From: Planctomycetaceae bacterium | GTDB lineage: Bacteria; Planctomycetota; Planctomycetia; Planctomycetales; Planctomycetaceae | DNA: 64,000 nt | NCBI GenBank assembly: GCA_015485495.1 | Contig: WFTL01000058.1 | Coordinates: 8,379-72,378, forward strand | Reading direction: 5' to 3' | Part shown: piece by piece, positions 56,447 through 64,000 of the stretch | Numbering within the stretch: the stretch's first letter is position 1 | How the letters are laid out: each line of letters begins with the position of its first letter | The notes under the pieces: model-generated | What the model saw: only the letters and a program-made list of their open reading frames with translations | Database searches by the model: none | What the model was told of the DNA's origin: nothing | Program-made: the position numbers and the translations under genes

Positions 56447-57072
56447 GAAGTTTCCCTGAGGCTGTTGCGCTGAAGCCGGAATCCCGCTGCAGTCATCAGG
56501 AAGGAATTCGCTGCACCAGATGGAATCCTGGCAGCGGGATCGGAATTTTCCACGTCCCGGTCGCGAAAAATGCCCGGGGCCGCCGGGAACATGCCAGGAC
56601 AGCAGAATCGCGCCGGGAGGCTGTCCGCAGCGAACCAGGGCGCTGTTTCGGCAGTTCTTCGTGGCGGCGGAATCGGCGTCGACGGCTTTCTGCAGGTGCT
56701 GCCGGTCCGGACGGCAGCCGGTCGCCTGCTGTCTGCCGAACAGGCCCGCGAGCAGCATATTTTTGCCGATCGGTGTTTCCGTGTCCGGCAGCGGACCGGG
56801 CGATGGCGGGAGGAACGTTCCGACGCGTGTTGACCGCTGCGGGCGCATCGTCCTACTGTGCCGGTGCTCTCCAGTGGTTTTGTGAACGGAGGATCGTTTT
56901 CTGATCGGGCGGTCGAACAGACTGCAGAAAACGACCTCCGATTCACAATATCACTCAGTCTCTCTCCATCTGTTCATCCCGCGCGTTTTTTCTGTACGTG
57001 CCCACTGTTCGTCAGTGCAGGCTGCCCTGTCGGGCGAAAAGCCCTTCTCCGCTTTTTCAGGAATCGATCGAC

Positions 57073-59136
57073 GTGTCCCGCATCGGCCTGCCTGTGTCCG
57101 GCGTCCTTCTGCTGATCTGCTGCGGATGCACCGCCGGCCTGCTGCAGCTTCCGGAAGGTGGTCTGACAACCAGGCTGGCCGGTCTGACGGGTACATCGGA
57201 CCGCGCGGAAGGTGACGGTGGTCGCACTGAGGAGGATGATTTCGAAACCCGCATGGAGACTCCGCTGCTGGGGGATTACATCAGTGTTCAGGGAAACACC
57301 CTGGTTCCGCTGCGGGGAATCGGTCTGGTCATGGAACTCAACGGGACCGGTGGCACCCCGCCGCCGTCTTCGCTGCGCAGGAAGCTGCTGGAAGAAATGG
57401 CGCGTCTGGATGTTCCCGGGCCGTCGGCTGTTCTGGCGCGCCGGGATACGGCTCTGGTGATCGTCACGGCCTATCTTCCGGCCAACGCCCGCAAAGGGCA
57501 GCGATTCGATGTGCGTGTGGCGCTGCCGCCCAACAGCGAAGCGACCAGTCTGAAGGGCGGTTATCTGCTGCCCACGCGGCTGTTTGAAGAAGCCGAAATT
57601 CGCGGAGCCGGAACGAAACGCGGCCACGAATACGCTGTGGCCGAAGGCCCCATTCTGTGTGCCTTTGGAGCCGATGATCGTGCTGCCGGCAGTCGAGGAC
57701 TGCTGGCACGGGGCAGCATCCCGGGAGGAGCCGTTTCCAAAACCGACCGGGATATGGAAATCGTTCTGAGGAAGCGGTTTCAGAGCATCCGCAAATCCAA
57801 ACAGATCGCCGATGCCATTGGATCGCGGTTTCATTATTTCGATCGCTTCAACCGGCGGATTCCCGTCGCAGAAGCCAAAACGCATGCACTGGTGCGGCTG
57901 AAGTCTCACCCGCTGTACCGCAACAATTTTCCCCGATATCACCAGGTCATCCGCCACATTCCTCTGGCAGACACCCCGGTCGCCCGCCGTCTGCGCATGG
58001 AAACTCTGGCCAGAGAACTGCTGGAACCGGCCACGGCTGAAAAAGCAGCGCTGCAGCTGGAGGCGCTCGGATCCGAAGCGAAGCCGTTTCTGCGGGCCGG
58101 TCTGCGTTCTCCCTGGTCGGATGTCCGTTTCTTTTCGGCCGAAGCACTGGCCTATCTGGGAGACCGCGATGCGGTGGACGTGCTGGCTGCCGCAGCGCGG
58201 GATGAACCGGCCTTTCGGATCTATGCATTCGCGGCGCTGTCCAACATGACGTCTTCCGCCCAGGCTCTGCTGGCGCTGCGTTCCCTGCTTCACGAACAGT
58301 CGCTGGAAACTCGCTACGGTGCATTGAGAGCCATCACGGAAATCGACGACAGCGACCGGTCTCTGAAAACCGTGCGCTACAGAAAGCGGTTCGTTCTCAG
58401 ACAGATCAGTCCTCCGGGACCGCCGGCCGTGCATCTGACGCGCCGGCGGCTGCCGGAAATCACGATCTTCAACGATACACAGGAACTGCTGCTGCCGGCC
58501 GTTCTCAACGGCGGACACCGGATCCGCGTCATCGGCCGGGACGGAGAAGACACCGTGACCGTCACGCGGTACGAAGTCGGCAGGGATCCGGTGCGGCGCA
58601 CGTGCAGTCGCCGCCTGGCGGAAATCATTCGGACGGCCGGCGAACTGGGCGCCTACTATTCGGACATCGTTCAGCTCATTCTGGAAGCAGAAAAACAGCA
58701 CAATCTGGAGGGAGAACTGGGAATCGATCGGCTGCCGCAGGCAGGCCGCAGCTACACCTCCCGACACGATTCCCAGGCGACCGCCGGTCAGGTCCGGCGA
58801 CGAGCCGGCACGGCAGCACGGACTCCTGGAATCTTCGAACGGATCGACAGCGAGGATTCCGCAGAAGATCCGTCCGCGAACGACGCAGCGTCTGCCGGCG
58901 AAACGGAATCCGCTTTGCGGACGCATCCGCCACGGAAGTCCCCGGCGTCCGCAGAAGCCGATGCCGGGGAAACCGCTGCCGAGGGCAACGATGCCGCCCA
59001 GGTGGACAGTGCCCGGACAGATGCCCGTTCGGCGGCCGGCACGCCGGCGGCTGAAGATGTCGCCCGCGATGCCGGATCACAGTCCGGTCCCCTGAAGCGT
59101 CTGCTGACCGGTTCATTCGAGTCGTTTCCATTCTGA
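57073..59136 (+). CDS. FlgI (flagellar P-ring)-like protein with an inserted HEAT-repeat block and a long acidic/Ala-rich C-terminal tail
   Basis: ISVQGNTLVPLRGIGLVMELNGTGG, ALVIVTAYLPANARKGQRFDVRVALPPNSEATSLKGGYLLPTRL, KQIADAIGSRF and the C-terminal RLAEIIRTAGELGAYYSDIVQLILEAEKQHNLEGELGI parallel the E. coli FlgI blocks as I recall them. ORF-track residues 330-450 (numbered from the open-frame start at 56998; 305-425 from the called GTG start) are HEAT-like (EALAYLGDRDAVDVLAAAARDE ...). A GTG start at 57073 gives a hydrophobic signal with a Cys cluster; the ORF is open from 56998. Confidence 0.7.
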   Translation: MSRIGLPVSGVLLLICCGCTAGLLQLPEGGLTTRLAGLTGTSDRAEGDGGRTEEDDFETRMETPLLGDYISVQGNTLVPLRGIGLVMELNGTGGTPPPSSLRRKLLEEMARLDVPGPSAVLARRDTALVIVTAYLPANARKGQRFDVRVALPPNSEATSLKGGYLLPTRLFEEAEIRGAGTKRGHEYAVAEGPILCAFGADDRAAGSRGLLARGSIPGGAVSKTDRDMEIVLRKRFQSIRKSKQIADAIGSRFHYFDRFNRRIPVAEAKTHALVRLKSHPLYRNNFPRYHQVIRHIPLADTPVARRLRMETLARELLEPATAEKAALQLEALGSEAKPFLRAGLRSPWSDVRFFSAEALAYLGDRDAVDVLAAAARDEPAFRIYAFAALSNMTSSAQALLALRSLLHEQSLETRYGALRAITEIDDSDRSLKTVRYRKRFVLRQISPPGPPAVHLTRRRLPEITIFNDTQELLLPAVLNGGHRIRVIGRDGEDTVTVTRYEVGRDPVRRTCSRRLAEIIRTAGELGAYYSDIVQLILEAEKQHNLEGELGIDRLPQAGRSYTSRHDSQATAGQVRRRAGTAARTPGIFERIDSEDSAEDPSANDAASAGETESALRTHPPRKSPASAEADAGETAAEGNDAAQVDSARTDARSAAGTPAAEDVARDAGSQSGPLKRLLTGSFESFPF

Positions 59137-59151
59137 TTTCGGCAGGTCGCA

Positions 59152-62100
59152 ATGCTTCGGTCGCTCGAACTGTTCGGGTTCAAGAGCTTTGCCGACAGGA
59201 CCATTTTCGAGTTCTCGGCCGGCATCACCGGTGTCGTCGGTCCCAACGGCAGCGGCAAGAGCAACGTGGTCGATTCCATCAAATGGGTGCTGGGGGACCA
59301 GAGTCCTCGCAGTCTGCGCGGCCGGGAGATGACCGATGTCATTTTCAACGGGTCTTCCGGACGGGGGCCGGCGCAGTTCGCCGAAGCGACTCTGGTGTTC
59401 GACAACAGAAGCCGCTTTCTGCCGCTGGACCAGGATGAAGTATCCGTCGGCCGGCGACTCTGGCAGTCCGGCGATTCGGAGTATCTCATCAATCGCAGCA
59501 CGGCGCGGCTGAAGGATGTCCGGGAACTGTTTTCCGGAACCGGGGCCGGTGCGGCCGCGTACTGCATCATCGAACAGGGGCGCGTCGATCAGATTCTGCA
59601 GTCCAATGCGGCCAATCGCCGGCTGATCTTCGAAGAAGCTGCCGGAATCGCCCGATTTCGATCGCGGCGAGCCGACGCCGTGCGTCGGCTGGATCGCGTG
59701 GAACAGAATCTTCTGCGGCTGACCGACATTGTCGACGAAGTGGAGTCGCAGGTCAGCAGCGTCCGCAGCCAGGCGCAGCGGGCCGTGCGCTACCGGGAAG
59801 TGTCCGCTGAGCTGGAAACTCTGTGGGTCGGCATGGTCTGCGACGATTTCCGACGACAGATTCTGCAGGAATCGCAGCTGACCGAACAGAAAGACGCGGC
59901 CGCCGCGGCTCTGAAGGAACTGGAAGAACAGCGCCGCGCGGCGGAGATCGCATCGGCGGAAGCGGAAACGGCTTTGAATGCCGCAGACGCCGAAATTCGG
60001 CAGATGGAATCTGAACGAGCTGTCCTGCGCAGCCGCATTTCCAGTCTGGAAACCAGCGGCCGCCACGATGCGGCGCGGCAGACGGAACTGGAAACGGACG
60101 CCGGGCGGCTGCGCCGACAGTTGTCCGTCATGAACCGGCGGGTGGTCGAAGCGGAGCAGGAACGCCGAAATCTGGCACACATGCTGGATGCAGAAGAGAA
60201 CCGGCTGCAGGCGATGCGCCGCACACAGGAACATCAGGCTGCGGAACTGGACGCGCTGCGACAGCAGATGACCGACGCCGAACAGCAGATGGAATCCTGT
60301 CGATCGGAAGTGGCTGAGCTGGTGCAGCAGAAGACGGCCGTTTCCGGGCGGATGGACGTGGTCCGCAGTCAGCGGGAAACTCTGAAACGCCGCGAAAAGG
60401 AAATTCAGGATGCCCACATTCTGCAGCAGCAGGAACGTGAACAGCTCCTGAACCGACTGGCAGAACGGCAGCAGGCCGAAAAGGCAGCTCAGCAGGCTCT
60501 TCAGGAGGCCCAACAGCATGCCGACCGTCTGCTGAGCGATCGCGACATGATCGTCCGGCATCAGAGCGAATCACGCGAATCGCTCACGGAACTGCGGGAA
60601 CAGCGCAGTGCGGCCGAGGCCAGACGGTCTGTTCTGGAGGATCTGGAAGATCGGCAGGAAGGTTTCGGTATCGGAGTCCGAGAGATCCTGCGGCGGGCCG
60701 AAGAATCCCGCCAGTCTCCCTGGAACCTGATTCGCGGCAGCGTGGCGGATCTGCTGGATGTGGACATGGATCACGCGGCGCTTCTGGAAGTGGCTCTTTC
60801 CGGTCGTGCTCAGCTTCTGGTCATCGATCGTCTCGATCCGCTCATCGAGTATCTCAGCAGCGGTCGCTGCCGGATGACGGGCCGCGTCGGTTTCGTGTCT
60901 CTGGAAAACGCTCCCATCATCGATGCCGACAGGCGGCATGCAGAAGCATCCGAGGAATCCGTCGGGGCGGCCGATCTGCCCGCTGACGGACTTTCAGAAA
61001 ATGATCCTCTGCGGCTGCCGGACTTCGATGTGTCCCTGCCGGAATCCTTCGACGGTGACATTCCGGAAGACGTTCTTTCTCCTGAACTGAATGTGACCTG
61101 GGTGGATGCTCAGGCCGACACGCCGATTCGGCAGTCGGTGTTTTCCCATGAGGAAATTCCGTCCCTGACCGGTCAGCCCGGCGTGATCGGCCGGGCCGAC
61201 AGTCTGGCTCGATCACCTCGCAGAATCCCGCATCTGGCCGCCCTGCTGCTGGCCGACACATGGGTGGTGGAAACACTGGCTGATGCCGTGCGCATTGTGA
61301 AACAGTCGCAGGGCCGGGTCCGGGCCGTCACACCTCAGGGCGAACTTGTGGAATGCGACGGAACGCTGCACACGGGAATGGTGCGCAGCGAAACCGCGGT
61401 CGTGTCCCGGAAAAGCGAACTGCGCCGTCTGAAAAATGAACTCCATCGGCTGCAGCACCTTGTTCAGGAACGGGAGCTGCTTCTGGAACGGCTGAGTGCC
61501 GATGTGGATGCTGCCGACACGGAACTGGAATCCGCTCGAAACGCGATCGCGTCGGCCGCCGATCGGCTGCGGGCCGTGGTGGAAGACCGGGCGGAAATCC
61601 AGCAGTCGCTGTCGTTCGCCGAACAGCGTCTGGAGCGGCTGCAGGAACAGATGACCACGGTCCGAAACGACCTGGCCGGTATGGATGCCGAAATCGAAGA
61701 TCTGGAAAAACAGCAAACAGCCGGAGAAGACAGCCTGACAGCCTGCCGAAACCGCCTGCTGGAATGCGAACGGCAGAGGGACGAACTTCGGAGCCGGCTG
61801 GACACTCTGGAACGGAACCGCAACGAAACGGCTCTGCAGGTCACACGGATGGAAGAACGCGTCATTTCCGTCCGCGATGCCGTGGACCGGATCGACGAAG
61901 ACCTGGACCAGCGGCGGCTTCAGCAGCAGGAAGCCAGGCGGCGTCTGGGAGCCGGACAGGATCGTCTGCGCGAAATCCGACTCAGCCGTCTGAACGTGGG
62001 GGCCGAACTGTCGGAACTGTACGTCCAGGAGGATCGGCTGCAGAGCATGATTTCCACCCGGACGGCCGACCGGCAGAGGCTGCAGGTCCGCCGTCAGGAA

Positions 62101-63123
62101 GCCGCTCGTCAGGAAGCCGGCATCCGCGACCAGTGCGCCCGTCAGGAACGCCGGCATCATGAACTGGAACTCCGGATTTCTCAGATCACCCATCAGCGGG
62201 CTGCGGCCGCCGAACGCATCTACGACGAATTTCAGATTCGTGTGGAAGATGCCGTGGCAGAAGGCCGTTCGGCTCTGGCGGCCTGGCTGACGGCCGTTCG
62301 CACGGCAGAAGCGGCTGCGGACCATCCGGAAAACGCTGCCGATGTGTCGGTTCCCCGGATCACGGCCGATTCAGAAGAGGTCGCGTCCGTTCTGCATGAT
62401 GCAGCCCGTTATGAAGAACTGCGGCGTTCCATCGAACAGCGTGTTGACCGGCTGAGACGGCAGATGCGGAAAATCGGTTCCGTGAGCACGGAAAGCCTGG
62501 ACAGTCTGGCGGAACTGGAAACACGATACGAACGGCTGCACAGTCAGCTTCACGACCTGGAAGCCGCCCGGGATGCCCTTCGCAGCATGGTGCGGAAAAT
62601 CGATGTGGAATGCCGCCGCATGTTTCTGGAATCGTTCGAATGCATCCAGACCCACTTCCGCGAACTGTTCCGGCGTCTGTTCGGAGGTGGGGAAGCGGAC
62701 CTGGTACTCGACGACCCCGAGAATGTGCTGGAATGTGCCATCGATGTCGTCGCCCGGCCTCCGGGAAAGGAACTGCGGAGCCTGTCGCTGCTCAGCGGCG
62801 GCGAAAAAACGCTCACCGCTGTCGCACTTCTGCTGGCGATTTTTCGCAGCCGGCCCAGCCCGTTCTGCCTGCTGGACGAAGTGGATGCCGCTCTGGACGA
62901 TGCCAATATCAGCCGGTTTGTCGGCGTTCTGAGAGATTTTCGGGACGACACACAGTTCATCATGATCACGCACCGCAAGCCCACGATGGCCGTCACGGAT
63001 GTGCTGTACGGCGTGACGATGCAGGAATCAGGAGTGTCCCGGCGACTGTCGGTGCGGTTTGAGGAGATTGATGAGCAGGGGAATTTTCTGCCCCGGGACG
63101 CCAACACGTCCCGGGCGGCATGA
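59152..63123 (+). CDS. smc: chromosome segregation protein SMC
   Basis: MLRSLELFGFKSFADRT ... GPNGSGKSN (Walker A), very long coiled coils with a central hinge, LSGGEKT signature and LLDEVDAALD (Walker B), 1323 aa. Confidence 0.95.
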   Translation: MLRSLELFGFKSFADRTIFEFSAGITGVVGPNGSGKSNVVDSIKWVLGDQSPRSLRGREMTDVIFNGSSGRGPAQFAEATLVFDNRSRFLPLDQDEVSVGRRLWQSGDSEYLINRSTARLKDVRELFSGTGAGAAAYCIIEQGRVDQILQSNAANRRLIFEEAAGIARFRSRRADAVRRLDRVEQNLLRLTDIVDEVESQVSSVRSQAQRAVRYREVSAELETLWVGMVCDDFRRQILQESQLTEQKDAAAAALKELEEQRRAAEIASAEAETALNAADAEIRQMESERAVLRSRISSLETSGRHDAARQTELETDAGRLRRQLSVMNRRVVEAEQERRNLAHMLDAEENRLQAMRRTQEHQAAELDALRQQMTDAEQQMESCRSEVAELVQQKTAVSGRMDVVRSQRETLKRREKEIQDAHILQQQEREQLLNRLAERQQAEKAAQQALQEAQQHADRLLSDRDMIVRHQSESRESLTELREQRSAAEARRSVLEDLEDRQEGFGIGVREILRRAEESRQSPWNLIRGSVADLLDVDMDHAALLEVALSGRAQLLVIDRLDPLIEYLSSGRCRMTGRVGFVSLENAPIIDADRRHAEASEESVGAADLPADGLSENDPLRLPDFDVSLPESFDGDIPEDVLSPELNVTWVDAQADTPIRQSVFSHEEIPSLTGQPGVIGRADSLARSPRRIPHLAALLLADTWVVETLADAVRIVKQSQGRVRAVTPQGELVECDGTLHTGMVRSETAVVSRKSELRRLKNELHRLQHLVQERELLLERLSADVDAADTELESARNAIASAADRLRAVVEDRAEIQQSLSFAEQRLERLQEQMTTVRNDLAGMDAEIEDLEKQQTAGEDSLTACRNRLLECERQRDELRSRLDTLERNRNETALQVTRMEERVISVRDAVDRIDEDLDQRRLQQQEARRRLGAGQDRLREIRLSRLNVGAELSELYVQEDRLQSMISTRTADRQRLQVRRQEAARQEAGIRDQCARQERRHHELELRISQITHQRAAAAERIYDEFQIRVEDAVAEGRSALAAWLTAVRTAEAAADHPENAADVSVPRITADSEEVASVLHDAARYEELRRSIEQRVDRLRRQMRKIGSVSTESLDSLAELETRYERLHSQLHDLEAARDALRSMVRKIDVECRRMFLESFECIQTHFRELFRRLFGGGEADLVLDDPENVLECAIDVVARPPGKELRSLSLLSGGEKTLTAVALLLAIFRSRPSPFCLLDEVDAALDDANISRFVGVLRDFRDDTQFIMITHRKPTMAVTDVLYGVTMQESGVSRRLSVRFEEIDEQGNFLPRDANTSRAA

Positions 63124-63262
63124 CACAATCGGCGAACGCCGGATGTCTGCGGTCCGTGGTTCCGGCAGCACGACCGACGGTTTTCTGGCCGATACCGTGA
63201 TTCCTGCTGCTGCCGGTCGATCGCTCTGCGAGGGCGGCCGGCAGAACCCGGTCGAACCGATC

Positions 63263-63305
<43 letters not shown>

Positions 63306-63311
63306 AGCCTG

Positions 63312-64000
63312 TCAGGGCGCGGGTGGTGAAGGATCCGGAGATGTGTCCGCTTCCGGGGCGTCAGCGTTTTCGGGTGATGAGGCCGGCTGTGATGTTTCTT
63401 CGTCGCCGCCCGGCGATTCGCCGCGGCCGGCATTCGGTCCCAGGTGTTCCGGCAGCCCCAGCAGATCCGGATCGGTGGTGTTCTTTCCGGTGATTTCCGG
63501 AATCGGTTCGTGGCTGAACCACTCGCTGAACGGAAGTTTCCCTGGCGGAGGCGGCGGATGGACGGGGTGAGGAAAATAGATCGCGTTCATCCAGATTTCG
63601 CTGTCGGCATCCAGTGTCCCGTTGTTGTCGATCTGCAGGTTGTAGCGGATGGCATAGTGAGGCACCGCCGACATCTTTCCGTCCCGGATGCGCCCCTTGA
63701 AGACGTAAACGTAGCCCCGCTGCGTGCCGTCATCGGAAGGCGGAGTCAGCGGGACACGGCATTCCCAGAGATCGCCTTCCTGAACGACTTTCAGTCGATA
63801 AAGGTTGTGGCTTTCCACAGAGGCACCGGGAGGGATCCAGGAATTCGTAAGAAACACCGCCTGGATGATGCCGGAAGAAAACAGATTTGGAGTGCTCATT
63901 CGGGACCGCTTCAGTTCGAAACGGATGAACAGCGGTCGATCGAGCACAGGATCGCCGTAGTCGACCGGCGTGCCGTCGGCATCGCACAGCTGAATCGTCA
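63312..64000 (-). CDS. hypothetical protein; N-terminus lies outside the window
   Basis: My own translation shows the frame continuing without a stop from the listed start (63947, GTG) to the window edge (... TIQLCDADGTPVDYGDPVLDRPLF ...). A beta-rich body is followed by a Pro-rich acidic C-terminal tail. I recognised no family. Confidence 0.5.
   Translation of the reverse strand, partial: TIQLCDADGTPVDYGDPVLDRPLFIRFELKRSRMSTPNLFSSGIIQAVFLTNSWIPPGASVESHNLYRLKVVQEGDLWECRVPLTPPSDDGTQRGYVYVFKGRIRDGKMSAVPHYAIRYNLQIDNNGTLDADSEIWMNAIYFPHPVHPPPPPGKLPFSEWFSHEPIPEITGKNTTDPDLLGLPEHLGPNAGRGESPGGDEETSQPASSPENADAPEADTSPDPSPPAP

Noticed and set aside
56974-58926. A 650-aa minus-strand ORF.
   Set aside because: It is antisense to the FlgI-like gene, which has clear family blocks. 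The translation is R/G/Q-rich and featureless.
59113-62325. Minus-strand ORFs of 482 aa (59113-60561) and 370 aa (61213-62325).
   Set aside because: They are antisense to smc. Coiled-coil codon bias (GAA/CAG/CTG) gives stop-free antisense frames.

Overview
GC-rich (about 60% by eye) chromosomal segment. Its gene content and protein architectures look like Planctomycetota. This is an inference from the ECF sigma / Ser-Thr kinase pairing, a giant DUF11 surface protein, a prenyltransferase-repeat membrane protein, planctomycete-style hypothetical secreted proteins, and very long stop-free antisense ORFs. I support about 45 protein-coding genes. I recognised no rRNA, tRNA, CRISPR array, transposase, integrase or phage genes, so this is core chromosome rather than an obvious mobile or defence island. 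Recognisable housekeeping content: an RND efflux pair, an ABC-F ATPase, an LPS-core-like cluster (SGNH-like protein, GT9 heptosyltransferase, DUF4254), a PIN/TRAM + REC-histidine kinase + response regulator operon, glpK, a class II aldolase, a thioredoxin-TPR protein, xseB, Fe/Mn SOD, a GT2, ppx-ppk1, csrA, lysS, cysK, a ZIP transporter and smc. Points worth a second look: (1) an ECF sigma factor translationally coupled to a protein that fuses an anti-sigma-like N-terminus (Zn ligand positions H/C/C all replaced by Ser) to an intact Ser/Thr kinase and a soluble sensor-like domain; (2) a secreted protein with about 21% Cys, built from CC-x-x-P-x-CC-A-P repeats, with its own SD site, a structured 290-nt 3' region and a strong intrinsic terminator; (3) three apparent pseudo-enzymes: a KAS I/II-like protein with Asp/Gln/His instead of Cys/His/His, an FHA-domain kinase lacking the catalytic Lys/Glu/Asp, and an M50 site-2-protease homologue with HQIAQ instead of HExxH; (4) a FlgI (P-ring)-like protein with an inserted HEAT-repeat block and a long tail, located away from any flagellar genes; (5) several long gaps without convincing ORFs that carry hairpins, direct repeats or GGA-rich sequence (next to csrA). 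All function calls rest on motif recognition from the translated ORFs. No database search was possible.
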